Below, one piece after another: positions 26,591 through 41,338 of a stretch of 49,013 bases of DNA. Under the pieces are notes generated by a model. The model saw only the letters and a list, made by a program, of their open reading frames with translations, was not told the DNA's origin and searched no databases. The stretch comes from Phoronis australis (lineage: Eukaryota > Animalia > Phoronida): positions 1 to 49,013 of the forward strand of contig NMRA01000318.1 in assembly GCA_002633005.1 (NCBI GenBank), written 5' to 3'. The position numbers and the translations under genes were made by a program. Position 1 is the first letter of the stretch. Each line of letters opens with the position of its first letter.

Positions 26591-29500
26591 AAACATTTTC
26601 TTTTATGTCGTTTTAAGCCCTTTAGAACGTATTGTTCGAAGGCTCCTTCGACCTCCTCGCACCACGACCTCCTCGGCCCACGACTACCTCGATCCACGGC
26701 ACACAAACCCCACGACCTGTTGCAATAGATTTATTTTGGGGCTTTTTATACATTTCATAATCGTGATAGGTCGCTAAATGTACTTCCCGTGAGATTTACT
26801 TAACCGTGTGTCTGCCCTAGCTCAACCCCGATGGTTAAAAGAAAAATAGTTTCTTGATAATATGTTCTTAAATAGCGAATGATTAGCTTGCTATCGCTGT
26901 AACGGAAATGGCATGGGCGGATCCAGGATTTCAGTTAGGGGAAGAGGGAAGAGTATTAGATTTGATTTTGACCTTCAAACATTCGAACGTTCTAAGTACA
27001 ACATGAAATATCGGAGAATTTTGGGAGGCCTTTCCTTTCTTACCCCCCGAAGGTTGAGGTCGATACGCGGAATAATGCACGCCACTCTCAGCACGTTCTG
27101 TGGATATCTTCATTGCTCGGGATGGAAACATATGCTGGGTATACACGAAAGAAAAATTCAGCAAAACCGGCTTTAACGGCGACGAGTGTAATTTTCTTTC
27201 TTAATCAAAGGTTACAAACTTGTAACTTACGTCATCCGTATTCGAGCTTTAAGTTCAGTGTTTCCCATTATCGAAGTATAAAGAAATAATTCTAAGTAAC
27301 AATGTCATTGCATCATGAGGGTTTTGACAAAAATATGTCCTGCTTTCGATATCGCTATATGCGTGAGACATTGGAAATACAAGAGAACAGTGCAAGGCAC
27401 ATTAGTACCCGAATCTTCGTGACCATGAAATCTACCATATATTTTTTTTTACAGAGAATACCACTATTTTTCAAAAGGATGGGTCCACGAACCAGTGTTC
27501 CATTTTCCATGGTATCTGTGAGATTTGTGGTTACCCTCAAACAACCTAAGCTTGAAAAAACTCTGATTGGATGGCAGCACAGCGGGACCACATTTGTGAA
27601 ATATATGCCAATTTGCTATAGGCACGTTTCGGTGGTTAAGGCATCTTTTAAACTCTGAACAGAACCGCGTTGACCATGCGCAGCGTTTTTAAGTGTAGGT
27701 TTAACGAAAACGATTTCTGTTTTCGACTGAGGGATGGCAAGTAAAGTGATGTATTTACGCCCACGCAAAATCAAATGAAACTGCGCAGTGCATCTTTTGT
27801 ATAATTCTCTAATAGTCTTGTGCCTGTATGTGTATACACGCATTGCACTTCTCCGTGACACTTCCCTTGGTGAATCCAAAAGACAGTTTTCAATGAATCT
27901 GCCACTCTTATACACAGGCGTGAGATTTTTTTGTAAAGCAGGTCAAAAATGGGAGCCGACCAACCAACCTTCACCTTCCCAATCAAGTTTTTCCATGAGA
28001 CGACACCGGTTTACATCAAGCCGCACCCTTTTAGGGTAACTATGAAGTGGTGTTCAACCAGAGGTTGGACAATAATATATGGAAACGGATGGCTCAGATT
28101 AAATTAAGTAACTTCTATCTCGTGGCTTCTTCGTGGTACCATTGATATCGCTACCACACCAGCGCCACGTCATTGCTGTCGTCGATATTGTGGCACGATT
28201 CGTCGTAAAGTCGGCGTATGGGTTGCTTATATCGGGATGCAATCCCTGCGTAAGCAGTCATAAAAATTTGGATATCCGTAGTCACAATACTTTGGCGCCC
28301 TAGAGTTCTCATCTTCAAATGCCAATGTGGCTCCAGTATCCGAAAACACTTAATAAAAATATCTTATTTTCGATACCCTTTCGTTATAACCTTTTTGTCT
28401 TTCCCGTCACAAGCGATTTTTTACCTGTAGTTGACCCTTCTCGGTGTACAGCTAATTAGCGGCTGTCATCGGTTGTTTCCGTACCCACATTTCCGTCTTG
28501 TCAGTTCAATAACTTGTCCTGAACGCCGCCATTTTTTCCTTGTAACTGAATGTATGATCGCTTCCTCGAAAAGTCTTCATCATTTTGTTTTGTTAGTAAT
28601 ATCTCGTAATTCGTTCGTATGTACAGTGTATTTCTAATACTTAGTTTGTGGTCGTTATTTTTTTTCGAATGTTATTCGTTTATTATGTTAAAATAGCATT
28701 GGTATTTAGTTCCTAATATGTAGAAAGGTCGAAACAATTTTTTTGTTTCGTTTTATTTTTTCTTCGTTTTGAAACAGTACTTTGCTATCATTGGAAAGAT
28801 AATGCATACTTATCAGTAAACACCGAAATAGTAGCAAAATCGGGGCAATCAGTGCAAAGTTATTGCAATTTTTGTGGCGACATTTGGGTCACTTTTTGGA
28901 TCGCGTCGACCATATTGGAGGACAGCGGGATGAGTTACATGTACGAGTTTTAAACTTTGTATCAATTGTTTTCGCAAACAATTTACGGTGAAATTTAGTG
29001 AGACATATCTCTACTTACTATTCTGCACGATTCAACAGTTTTGGCAAAAATTTAGCCTCGTAATTGTTACATATTAAGTGTTAAATTTATTTGCTCACTC
29101 TTCCCGTTGGACTTTCCAGCGGCACCAAAACATGGCGACGTTTGCTGAACTGAAAGGCATTTTCAATCGGATACTTTGAAATTTGTGAAGATTCAAAGTT
29201 TATACATTTTAACAAACGTTGCTACAAAAAAGAAGCTAGCGTCTACAGGCCACGTTTCTTGATGCATTGGATTTACTATTAATGCATCAATTAAAAAGAA
29301 ATCAACGTACAGTTGAAAACCAAGTTTACTAGAAGTTTTTCATTTCATGGGTCCTTTCAATTCTGTCATTTAAATTGCCACCTCCACTCAAATCACAATC
29401 ATCGATGTGGTTCAGTTGTAATGTCACTTCCTTCGTACTCACTGCTTGATAAATAAAAAACTGATAATATTTTATTCGCACTTAATTTTGCGTTACTTAT

Positions 29501-31315
29501 GTGCTCGAGCGAGACTTCTCCTTGGAGAAATGGAAAAATGTCTGCCTCAGTCAGAGAAGCAAGAACTTAAAAAATACGAAATGAGACAAAAGTCTACTAG
29601 AAGGCAGGAAGTACCAAAATTTGTTATCTACAGTCCATAGAACATTCCCAGTGATTCCTATAGTAACATGTACATATTCTCAAAAATTTGGGCCCCCCAT
29701 TTTTAGGCTTGGTGCTCTAATGCTAAGTCTGGGCAAATCCAACAATTTTGCACAGTTCGCCTGAAGACCGCAAGATCTAAATTAACCTCGTATGAGCGAG
29801 CGCTGTGGCCAGGGACCAGATAGGCGTAAGGGTAGCCTTGGCGCAAAGCTGTATACTAAGAAGCTGCATTTTGACGATGGTAGCTGGCAGGCTAGCGGTA
29901 ACCTAAGGGCTGCCGCGGGAGTGTGAATGTGACTAACCAGCCCGGGATTTTGTGCAAGTGTCTGAAACCACCTTTGTATGTCTACGGCATTTATGATCTG
30001 TACCTTTTACTTTACAAAACAGCATGCTTTACCGTTCGCCAGTGCCTGGTCTCGATCCACACTGTGTCCGATCGCCTGCGGCTCGAGTCCGGCAAAATAA
30101 TTTCTATCAAAACTTATTCGCCACATTTTGTCAGCAATTTCCATACACTTGTCAGTGCTTTAATTTTACTAATGTTTAGGCGCACTGTCGATAATTTTAT
30201 TCCCGTTTGCAGGTTGGTTACAGAAGGTGTCCAAGTCGAAAAGGCGGCGTATACTAAGCCTGGGTTCCTGAATGAATTGTACTTCCGCGTTCGCGGTAAG
30301 TTCAAAATGGCGGTGTGATCTTCGGGTCGGAATCGTGAGTTGCGCATTTATTTATTTTTTTCGATTACTGATGTGTATTCGATATGGGGTAGGTACTTCT
30401 TGGATCCTTATAACACCCTCTAACCATGTAACAAGGGCTAACAACGTGTGCCTCTTGGTTTTTTAAAGTCCTACGGATGTTACGTGAAAAGGATATAGTA
30501 TTTAACTTGAGGGGTGTCTTTTCTGGATTAGAAATAATGAAAAAAATGCTGTTGGTGGTATAAAACTAACATATCAAATGCATACGGCGATCTACGGGAA
30601 ACAAATGATAAGGGAAAGAAGTATCATAACCCAGGCTCATTGAGCAGATGGAACAAAGTATCGGAAATTTCGGTTAAACAGTATTTGCAATCTTTCTCAA
30701 AGGTATGAATGAGGCACAAGTGCAAGTTTCAATTGCTAGGGATACACTTTGGGTATTAGGCCTGTGTGTTGAATGTATATTAAGAATGCATATTTTATTG
30801 AAGTCAAGGAGGGAAGGGGTACACTTTGTAAGGGACAGTTTCACGGATTTTGTATACTTCGTTAGGGTCAGCTGCAAAATCCTTGTTTGGAATTTTCAGC
30901 ATCTTATCCAGCGTGCAAGCAAATGGTACAAAACTTACCATATGTAACCACCCCACGTCAAATTCAACCAATATCTTTGTTGGAAGTTGGTGGATTTGTG
31001 AAAGGGAATCAGTCTTTGTGCATCCATCAAATAACACTGAATCATCATCAAATTCCTTACACGATTAGTTAATAATAGTTGATAATTTGTTTATAAATCA
31101 GCATTAGAATTTCCCTTATCAGAAATAACAACCCATTTATTAAAAAAGCATGAAACCTTAAGGTGATGGAATTTTGTGTAAACTGCTTGTTGATAAAGAT
31201 GTATTTTACCTCCACAAAAAATATAAACATTCCTTACCCGTATCAATAAATTAATTTATACCATCAACGACCCAAGAAAACCAGTAAGGGAGCAAGAGCT
31301 GATCAATCATAAATT

Positions 31316-31868
31316 TGCAAATTCCGGTAGAGAATAAACGCGTTGCCTTTGACTCGGAAATGGTTGTGGTGATCGAATCCTATCACGGTATCACAGTTAT
31401 CAGACCAATTTTATGAGCACTTATAATTGCTCTTCAGGTTGTGCACTAAGTTGCAACCAACACAGTTCTGATAGAAACGACAAGTCTGTATCGACATGCA
31501 TGTTAGTGACTTACTTCTTTACAATTGATAAGAAAATACATTTCATTCCGTTGTTTGTTTTCTTTACGAGGGAGTAGGAATTTTCCAATCATATAATTGC
31601 GAATTCCGGTACCGAATAAACACGTTGCTTTTGACTCGGAGATGGTTTCGGAATTTGAATCCTATTACGATAATGACAATTATCACGCCACTTTTATGAC
31701 AACTTACAGTTGCTTCTCAGGTTTTCCACTAAGTTGCAACCAACAGAGTTCTTATAGAAACAACAAGTCTTTTTCGACATGCATGTTATTAACTTTACTT
31801 GGTTAGAGTTGATAAGAAAAGTACATGTAAGTACATTTCATTCCGTTGCTTGTTTTCTCTTGGAGGAC
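31316..31868. repeat. Two-copy tandem duplication, period about 281 bp
   Basis: ttgc.aattccggta..gaataaac.cgttgc.tttgactcgga at 31316 and 31597. Both copies end tacatttcattccgttg.ttgttttct. Confidence 0.9.
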
Positions 31869-33809
31869 ACATCTCGGACATTTCTCCTGAAACAAAATAT
31901 AAATAAGAACGGGGTTACTGTTTCGGTATTAAATTTAAATTTCAAACTGGCACCAATGCAATTGTAAACGCGTTTCCTTGTTTCGTTTCTCGAACACTGT
32001 TCAGGGTTTTGCGTAACGTTAAGCTCAGAAATGATTTCACGAATGACTTAGCATGGTTCAACAACACAGTCTAATGCTGAGAGTCATTAAATCTGTTGAA
32101 TTACATCTGAAGGCAACAGTCAGCAGCCTTTTCTAGAAAACTGTCCTTTAAGTGTGAAGAGACTGAAGCACGTGTTATACAGTAGGCCTATTTCCATTCT
32201 TATTATCATGGGTAGCTTATTATCATGGGTAGCACGATATTCGTAAACTAAAAGCCACTTCCAAGAGGGAAATTAACTTACCCATACTAGAGTTTCCAAA
32301 AGACAATAATGCCAGCAAGGCTGTAGATAGGCATCTGAGTGGTGGGCTTAAGCTGATCTCCATGGGAAACCCCTCCAAAGGCCTCAGTTTGGTCAGAATC
32401 TGTTGAATTTAGAAGATGATGCAAAGGTGGCTGATAGTATGACACGGTGAATTTGACGTGCAAACGAGCTAACAAAACATTTTTGGATAACATCACATAG
32501 TCATAACATGAGCTTAATATACCCTAACCTCAATTAAAATCAGATCTGTATTACCCTGAATGATGTTTGCGACGACTATTCTATAAACGGGTTTTGGCTT
32601 GTTTGCACCACGTACGAGCATCGCAACGTTGACATATAATTCGAAGCGTTTAACGGTAAACATAACTGACCAAAACTCCTTTCCCAGTGTGGAGTAATTT
32701 ATCTCATTTCTTTTGAGCATTCAGCTTCCATACTTATTAGGCATTGCTGTAATTCCCCGCCCCTGCGGTAAGACTCCCTCTAAGCCACCATGTGTTGCCT
32801 CTGGCCTAGTGTACTCTGGCACTCACGGGATCGGACTACTCCGTAATGCTTGCTGAGGTTACAAAATGCGTGGTCATGAATGTTGGGATGTGTGATTTTT
32901 CAGAATGGCTGTTCGTCAATACATGTAAGTCTGTCTATGGTGTGGCTGCCTTCGCAAGTTTAGGCACACTGTTTTCAGGTAGAATCTACTGAGTACTAGG
33001 ACCGACCGCACTAGAATCGCAGAAGATATCGTTGTAGCTTTCTGGCCGAAAATTAGCTTTTGGTCGTCCATATCTGCCAAATGTGTTGCAACTCAGTGTC
33101 CAAAGAGATTAATGTTGTAACCAAAGCCTCACTTTGATGGCAGTATTATCAAACATGCCTGTTTTACTCTGTGACATACTGTATGTCCCTAAATGCACGG
33201 ATATGTAATTCTCAGATCAGACCTAATATTTTGTAATATCTGAACTCTCCAAACATTGCTGATCACCCAAGTGACTTCCTAGCACCGAGCTTTCCTCTAA
33301 GTTCGGTCTCATCGGTGCATACCATCACAGACATTCACATCTTGCTCATCCCCTTATTATGTTTCACATCATCATAATTATTCTTAAGCAGCCGAAAAAG
33401 TAGTTTTTCTTGGGCATACAGCATGTAAACAGGTAGCCGATGCTATACCATTCGGCATTGGCTTTGGCTTGATGTTGCGCGTATTTCAATCAGGGGGTCA
33501 CTTGCAGACCCACCTCTTGTACGGTTGGCGATACAGGTAAATCCTTAATTCCCACGTTTTGTCTGTGTGCTTTACCCCTGGTGGACATTGCTGATGTTTC
33601 TCAGCTGGATTCCTCTCTGTCTGACTCCTCTGAATTGCAGACCTTTTTCACTCAAACAGGATTTGAGATAGATTGGTCCTCCTATTTCAAAGAAGTGCAT
33701 ACTTAGGAGCGTACAGAAACTCCGCCACCTTATCGCCTGCCCCGTCCATAACAACGGTAATCTCCGAATGAAATCGCTCGAAATGAACAAGTCCAGTGCC
33801 CGATTGCAT

Positions 33810-34085
33810 AAACCAGTCCCAAATAGGGACTCAACTAAAGTCCCTAAATCTACTGCGTATTTACGGGCTTGTGAAGACACTGATTGTCTTATCTTATGCT
33901 GCTTTAGTATTATCACTTTGGCATTTTTTTGGCTTCTGATACAAAGCGAAAGTGAACTTTCTATATTCTCCGGTGTTCACATTTACCATAGACAACTTAG
34001 TTATGAAACGTGAACCAGTTTGATTTACATGTACACACTTCCGAGTTTTTATTACGCTGATTCAGCCGGTCAAAAGTAGTTCCAT
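33810..34085 (+). repeat. Second copy of the 9150-9445 dispersed repeat
   Basis: Collinear similarity to 9150-9445, including the distal tcagccg(g)tcaaa. Confidence 0.65.
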
Positions 34086-34905
34086 CCGTTTATTTATGGT
34101 TTTAGAGTAAAAAAGTCACCTCCCCCAAGGTAAAAATGCGCCAATGTATCAGATGCATCCCATTGCTAGTCCCAAGCATGGATGGATGAGGAGGGGTGTT
34201 TATTACCTGTTGTTGGGCACGCTACTGTCACTTTTACGCAATAGCGTTGGAGTTGAACAAATTTTGTTCAACGCATTCGGCCCAAACTGCCGAGGACCGT
34301 CAAGTGTCACTTGAAAAAGGTGAGTAAAATCCCACTGTTCATGTGTACCGCGGTGTGTTTAAAAGCTTAGTTTCTTAGTCCAAAGCTTTTTGTCACTAAG
34401 CATCACAGTCACCTCAGTCAGCAGTGTTTAGTCTTTCTTGGCAGCTGGAAGCAGGACCTGACAACTTTTGGCGATAAGACGACCAACAACTTAAAAAGAG
34501 CAACGCGCCATTTTTGGTAAAGCATTGGATGAGCGGGTACTTTTTGCGCCACCTACACGTATAGTCTGTTAACGTTGCAGAGGTCCTGGCGCACTCTTTT
34601 ATCCTTTTTTGTCTCCAACTGACAGATATAGGAGATTGCCTTCTGTAATCAGCCTCGTGGATCTGCGTTTCTTCATCTACTTGATGGGGTTGCATTCACT
34701 CCTCATCCACGTGTGGTAATTTTCCATGACATACGCCCCAGATTGTCATTTTACATGTACCTAGAAACTAATGTGGCTACCCTAAAAACCTACTTCTCTT
34801 ACTATGGTCATCATCCCCGTTAGTCTCCTCAAGTGGTTGCTAATTGCAAGTTCAGGTGAACCCGCTTTGTTAACGTGGGTACGCTACTGGTTGGAGTTCC
34901 CCCAT

Positions 34906-35388
34906 TGTTACGTTTTATCTCGTGGATGAGTGGGCGTAAACTCTGACCGACCTGCCCTCGTGCATTACAGTGCGGCAATAGATTGAATGCTGGTGAAAGG
35001 TAACTTTATTAATCTTGAAGATATGTTCAGAAGTCAACACAAATACAATATTCAAAGCCCAAGTCAGTGCTGCAAAACATTGACTTGGGGTGAACTTCTG
35101 AGACACTTCCAGCAACTGGTATACTCGTTAACTCAATTACCTACTGTTTATATTGCTGGCTCCCTGTTCAATAATACTGTAACTATTGGTTCTGAAAGCG
35201 GTTCTCCGGTATATCTTTTATTCAACTTAACCCAACTTCAACTTTCCAAATCACTACAAAAAACCGTGCCTGTGCACCCATGGTCTCTCAATATTTTCTC
35301 GAATTTTAACCTATTCAAACACATTCTAGAACTTTCTAGAATCTAACCTGTCATTCTAAAAACATGAAATAAACCCTAGGCTGTTACA
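34906..35388 (-). mobile_element. LTR (Gypsy-like 5' LTR) followed by a primer-binding site and degraded internal sequence
   Basis: Minus strand TGTAACAG...CGTAACA, 483 bp, with AATAAA about 100 bp before the end. Immediately followed by aTGGGGG, a degenerate tRNA-Pro-type PBS. Confidence 0.6.
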
Positions 35389-35695
35389 GATTGCTGTACT
35401 ATTTCAAATGGTATTGTTTCCAACAACAGAAAAACACATAGTCCCTGGCCCTTCTCCTTGACTTATTTCAATCAATTGCTATCTACATGTACATGTGCAA
35501 TTAAACACGTCGAAACTTAAAACAGTGTCAATTTAACCCTGACAGTCGTTTAGCCAGTGAGCCAGTGGCTAAGTGAAGTACATGTAGACTCTAGTTCGAA
35601 GTGTGCAAATTGAACAATTCAATGCGTGTACTGAATAAAATTATAATGAAAAGCGTTGGACTATCCTCACACCCTCGAAGTTGAACGGGATAGCC

Positions 35696-38600
35696 CACAG
35701 TACAGCCACTGAATTATTACACTTCGTCCGGGTTGCATCCGGTCTGACTAGGCTTGACCCTGAGCAGAGACACACCGGAGAGTGAGTTCTGAATCAACCA
35801 TGACAACTGGCGTGAGCGTAAGTCTGACTGGGCTCGGAACATTCGTTAGATAGGCGTGAACGAGCTGCAAGCGCATCCTGTTCCAGACATTAGCCAGGAG
35901 TTTGTCTGGGCCTGAGTTTCCCTGCCTTATCTACAGTTGGAAGAATGATACATGCCATTTTTGCTCGTTTAGCGCGACAAAAACAAATTACTGTATCGTA
36001 TTTCAAGAAACAATTTCGCTGCTAGAATAGTAAAAAAATGTGTAAACTATGACAACATCCGCTAAAATCCCTACTGTGTTTGCAATATGGCACTAATCAG
36101 CTGTCTCAAGGTAACTAGTCTGTGACCGTTAAGCAATCTTGTTTACTACATAGTTCATTAAACCATTTAGATTCACCGAATGTGCCACTTACTCAACTGA
36201 AAGCTAAAGCATCCAGAAGGAGTTAGTGAGTAACACTACCTTCAGTGATATCAAATCCATACAACTGGCAGAAATCTATCATGAATATATAATAAAGTGC
36301 ATGAAATGTTGTACGTGTGCATTAGTGGATTTATTTTTGACATTTATTTTGTGCTATTAGATGTAAGCTGTAAACTGCATGATCTAGCTCTCATGACGTG
36401 CTGTTTCCCGCTCTAAGTGAATTGCAAAGCCATAACCGTCCTGATTGAAATGTATTTGGGTTCAAACGAAAACTCTTATGTTGGGGGATCTGATGAGTGA
36501 TTTGCCCCTGTTTTGTAGTGGTGTATTTTGACGCTGAATTCAGTGAGTATCGATGGATTTTTTTGCTGTAACATGGAAATTCTGTTCCGTACCTTTTCGA
36601 CGGATATTCCTGCTTGGCATTCAAAGTGTAACATCCAGCTGATCGGAATTAAGAAAGATGACAGCTCACTAAATTACTGCTACATGTATGTATTTGGGAC
36701 AATTGCGTTGTTTCCGGCATTGTGTCTATCCCTGTTTCCAACCAGATAAGCACAATGCTAACGAAATTGACTGGCATGAGGCTCTTAATGTAGGACTCCC
36801 ATAATCACTGAATCTGCTACCAATAACAGTGAGGTTCTTCATGGTCCTCAGCAACAAGTAGATATACCTACAACATAGGTAACCTAGCTCAAACCAGACC
36901 ACGCCCCGGCTCTCAATGATATTTACTCATTTCTAATTTAGTCACACGTTGTTCACAATCGAGAATATTATTGAGTCAACCAGGTCAGTTTCTGACAGTA
37001 TCTTGAGTGACCATGGACGGGATATTTTATCTCATTTAAAATACACCAAATGTCTCCATAATGGGTACCTTAATATAGTATCTCTGACAGACTATGCATT
37101 GATGATTAACGTTTTATTATGAGTCAAAAACCCATCGATATTCTGTGCTTGAAAGAACATTTTACGGCTCTTCCACCATTAATGATTTTGAGATTGACAT
37201 CGACGGTTTTGATTTGAATAGAAACAATCGTAACAGGAAAGGTAGTGGTGTTGCCATCTTCACGAAAGCAAGTCTGACTAGCCGTCAGCTCCTGCACCAT
37301 GACGACCATGTGCAGTCGCTCTGGGTTGAGATTGGCATCCCTGAATCGAAGAGTAACTATTCGATCAGTCTACAGACCATCCTCTGCAAAATTAACTGAA
37401 CATCCTCAAAATATTGTTCATCGTAAAGCTCACACTTCTTATTTACCTTTTTATTGTTACTGCTGATATTAATTGTGATGCGCATGGGAACGAGAGATGA
37501 GTTTGCAGATTATTATCAACGTGCAGGCCACAAGGATTACCGAAAAAAAAACTTCCACGTGCCTTGATTTTCTTTTGTATCAAATCTTGAGACGGTTTTT
37601 GAGTTTGATAGTAAAGCCCTTGGAAGTAGTGATCAAAATACTGCAGTCGAAGCGCATAAGACCAGTTGCACTACGTTTCCGCAACGTATCATTACCAAGC
37701 GTACATATCGCATCTTAGATCAACAAGGCTTTTTCAGAGACCTACGTGCGATTGACTGGGGGCCTGTTACCACCACTGCTGACAATGATCCGCGTAGTCT
37801 ATTTTCAAGGAAAGTTTCATCGTGTAATTAATAATCACGCCCCACTGAACCAATTGAAATTAAAGGGCAAATCACTTGAGTGGTATCATGATAATCTCAT
37901 AGACTACTTGAAACAAAGAGCTCAGCGCACTCGAAACTCATCTGAGTGGGGCATCTTTAAGAAAGCTAGAACCAAGGTAAGCAATGCTCTTAAACGGTCC
38001 AAGACCGAATATTACGACCAAGTTGCTAAGAAAATCAAATCTAACGGAAAAACTCTCTGGAAAATCTTAAAATTAACGTACCTAACAAGTCCAAGTCGTT
38101 CGCAAACGAATGACTAATTGGTGACGATGTTGTTTCTGACAAAAGCAAAAAATGAAAATGGATTTAATGAATTTTATACTGGCATTGGCCAAATCTTTTT
38201 GAAAAAAATCACTATGCCAACTATTGAGCTCCCGCCAAATGTACAGGAGGGAATATCATTAAGTTTCAGGACATTTAAGTTAAACACGTCCGAGAACAAA
38301 TACATACTCTGAACCCTAGTAGTGCCAGTGGCATCTATAGAATACGTGCCAACAAGCTATTAAAACTGGAGCCAATGCAAATAGCTGAACCCTTTACAAA
38401 TATAATGAATTTAAGTTTAAGAACGGACACAACTCCTAAACAATTGAAGACGTCGGTCGTTACTCTTGTTGTTAAAGACAGTGAAAAGACCAATTGTGAA
38501 AATTATAGGCCTATATCAGTCCTCCTTGCAGTGTCCAACATTCTTGAAAGGTTTGTCCAATAGCGCTTCACTGGTTCCGGGAGGAAAATTCACTTGTATC

Positions 38601-40968
38601 GGTCATACATTCTTTTTCCGCCCGCTGCATTCTACTATGACTACAAACCTTCACGCTACTAAACTCATCTTTATTAATGTAGCTCGGAGCGGGCTTGCAG
38701 GTGTTGGGTTTGCTAATCTTAAGAAAGCCTTTGATACTATGGAGCATGGTATCCTATTGAAAGAACTAGAGTCCTATGGAGTTAATGATAACGAACTTCT
38801 TTGGTATAAAAACTACTTAAACGACCGAAAACACGACGCCAAATACGGTGGTTTTCTTTCTGGCCACTCAACCGTTATCACGGGCGTACCTCAGAGATCC
38901 ATTCTAGGCCCTTTGACATTCATTATTTTTGTTAAAAACTCTTTTTTCTGTCCTCCACAACAGTGTGGCAACTTCACATGCTGATGACACTGCAATTATA
39001 TCCACAGCTGGATCAGAAAACGAACGGGATACCTCTCTCAACAAGGAGCTAGCCCTTACCCGTAACTGGCTGGTTCAAAATAAACTCACCTTTAAAGCCG
39101 GTGAAAGCATGCTGCTGGGAATCCACCAGCAATTAAAACCACATGAACAGCATGAACTGTCCCTTTGTATCAACGGTTAACCTATCGGGAGTGTTGACAA
39201 CTTGAAGGGTCTTATTTTAGATCCCAATCATAAATTTAATATGCATATAGATCACACCACAAAGAGATTCTCAAAGAAAGTCGGTGTACTTCAACGTCTA
39301 CTATGTCAATTTCGTAATGTCAGCACGTTTAAACACTTTACCATTCTATTTTTTCAGCATCATATTGATTATTGTTTACCGGTTTGGGGACATACCAACG
39401 ACACACTTGTCAGCAAAGTCCATGTAATCCATTAGAGCCACAACAGCTATCCTGTGTACTAGAACTAGGGTTACCCGGGTAGACGACTTCTACTCCAATG
39501 CAAAACAAATAAATACATTTCTTTCTGTGTGCTGCATGTGCAGTGGGGTCAACTGGTCGGTGCAAGAATATCCCAGCCAAAAATTTAGTAGCAGTCAAGC
39601 TGTATATTCTACACGTTGCTCCGTTGCTGGTAATGTTTCTGTAAAAACAAGATTTCTTTTATGTATGCTGCTGCAATATGATACCTTCTTAGCAAAGATA
39701 TTCATCGGTCCGATTCAATTAATAATTTCAAACTTAATATTAAAAAGTACCTGTAATTTATTCATCCTTAATACACCTTACCGGTCTTAATTGTGTCATT
39801 TTCCATTATTTCAGCTACTCTCACTGTTTAGTAATCATCTCTTTATTAATTTCACTTATCCAAGTTTCAACATCTGTCGTCGTTTACTTTCACCCTGTTT
39901 CAATTGTATGTTGTTGCATATTTTTAATTATTATTTTATTATTTTATTGTACTTTATTGAATAACATTACTGTTTTATATTTTTTGTAGAGGGCCATCTC
40001 TGAAAGCAGTGCTGTCACTGAAGAGGCTACCCTCATTATAAATATCACAATAAAAAAGTAAATTAAACTCTGCATTATTTCTCATTTAATTTCATACTAG
40101 TAGAACCTTTCATCGATAAACGAATCAGTGCTGGAATGTACAAAGTACATTTATTGTAGTGCTGGTTTCTGACCTCATTTAAGTGCTCAATTTAATCCGG
40201 TGGCATTATGTGGGACCGGAATAATATAAGGGGATGAGACTACAAATTAATCCGCACTAGGCGTTGGGGACTTGACATGCACTCGCCGTAGGTGACGAGG
40301 ATACTACACCCAAAGAAACGACCTCATTAAAGCTTTCTGTTCCACGAGTACGTTGCAAGAATCCTCGTGAGTCATGATGCGCGGGCTTTTTAGGGCAAGT
40401 TAAGTAAACGCAGCTGTGACGAGTTTCATGGACTCATAAAGCCATTTAAACATACTGAGAACGCGGATAAAGGGTCGCGTTCATTCGTCTTGACCTCAGG
40501 CCACTAAATTGGCCTAAGTCTTTATACTAACCATGATTAAGTTGTTCATGGGTCATGGTTTGGGGAAAGAAACTGGCCAATATAAATGTAACGCCAGACG
40601 AGTTTAAGGAGTTTGTATGTATGACGCATACGAGGAATTATGGAGTTTGACAGAACTCCGTGGTATAATATGCCGAAACAACGGACTATTTGACAGGTAA
40701 GCCAACAACGCCACCTGTACACGCAGATCTTTCTGATGTACATGTATCTCATTAATCCGGCACGCCATCGCGGTATGTTCCACAGCTACCGAAGGCCTTA
40801 GGAAATCGTGAGGAAGGCGTTACCGTTGGTAAGCGTGAGCACTACATGGATAGTAGGCGAGAGAAAACCGCGACTGATTCCTCTCACGCCTGCATTACAG
40901 TTACGGTCCTGTCTGGCTAGCCACGGGGCAGCCCGTACGAAGTCTAATAATTCAGTGACTGTACGATA
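35696..40968. mobile_element. TACAGT-family DNA element interrupted by a nested LINE
   Basis: Facing TIRs cacagtacagccactgaattattacacttcgt (35696) and acgaagtctaataattcagtgactgtac (ending about 40968). The right arm 40250-40700 is also found at 48058-48500. Confidence 0.6.
36400..40057 (+). mobile_element. Decayed CR1/L2-group LINE ORF2 (PHD-like, APE, RT) with 3' UTR
   Basis: APE GYLNI, DILCL.E, NRNRKGSGVAIF; RT NYRPISVL, NLKKAFDTMEH, GVPQRSILGPL, HADDT; 3' stem-loop at 39989-40034 and an A-rich tail. Many frameshifts. Confidence 0.92.
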
Positions 40969-41338
40969 AATATGTTGTACAAAATGTGATTTTTCAAAAA
41001 ATGTTTGCATATGCTGATATTAATCAATTGAGCATATCAAACATTAGTGTCACACAGATATGGGCGGACTTCGTATCGGACGAGCTTGTTTCATAGCTCA
41101 GCGTCGTACATGTATTCGTACCGTAGACATGAAGTCGATGAGTGTATCACAAGGGAATTAGGTGTTCATTTGACTGTAGGAGCATCATTACTTATCTTTC
41201 AGTTGCACGTAAAATTGAAATATGCGTAAGAATCCACAACAGCAGGATAATACGAAATGCATCTTTTTGACGTGCATTCAATCAAACCGCACAGCCACTG
41301 AGCTTCTAAATATGTATGTGTGGCGTGCTAGTACTTAC

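Noticed and set aside
27300-28080. Overlapping 70-118 aa ORFs on both strands with a plus-strand acceptor
   Set aside because: No recognisable domain and stops in the most protein-like frame; cannot be supported as a gene.
32200-32233. Perfect 17-bp tandem duplication ttattatcatgggtagc
   Set aside because: Ordinary slippage or repair duplication with no further structure.
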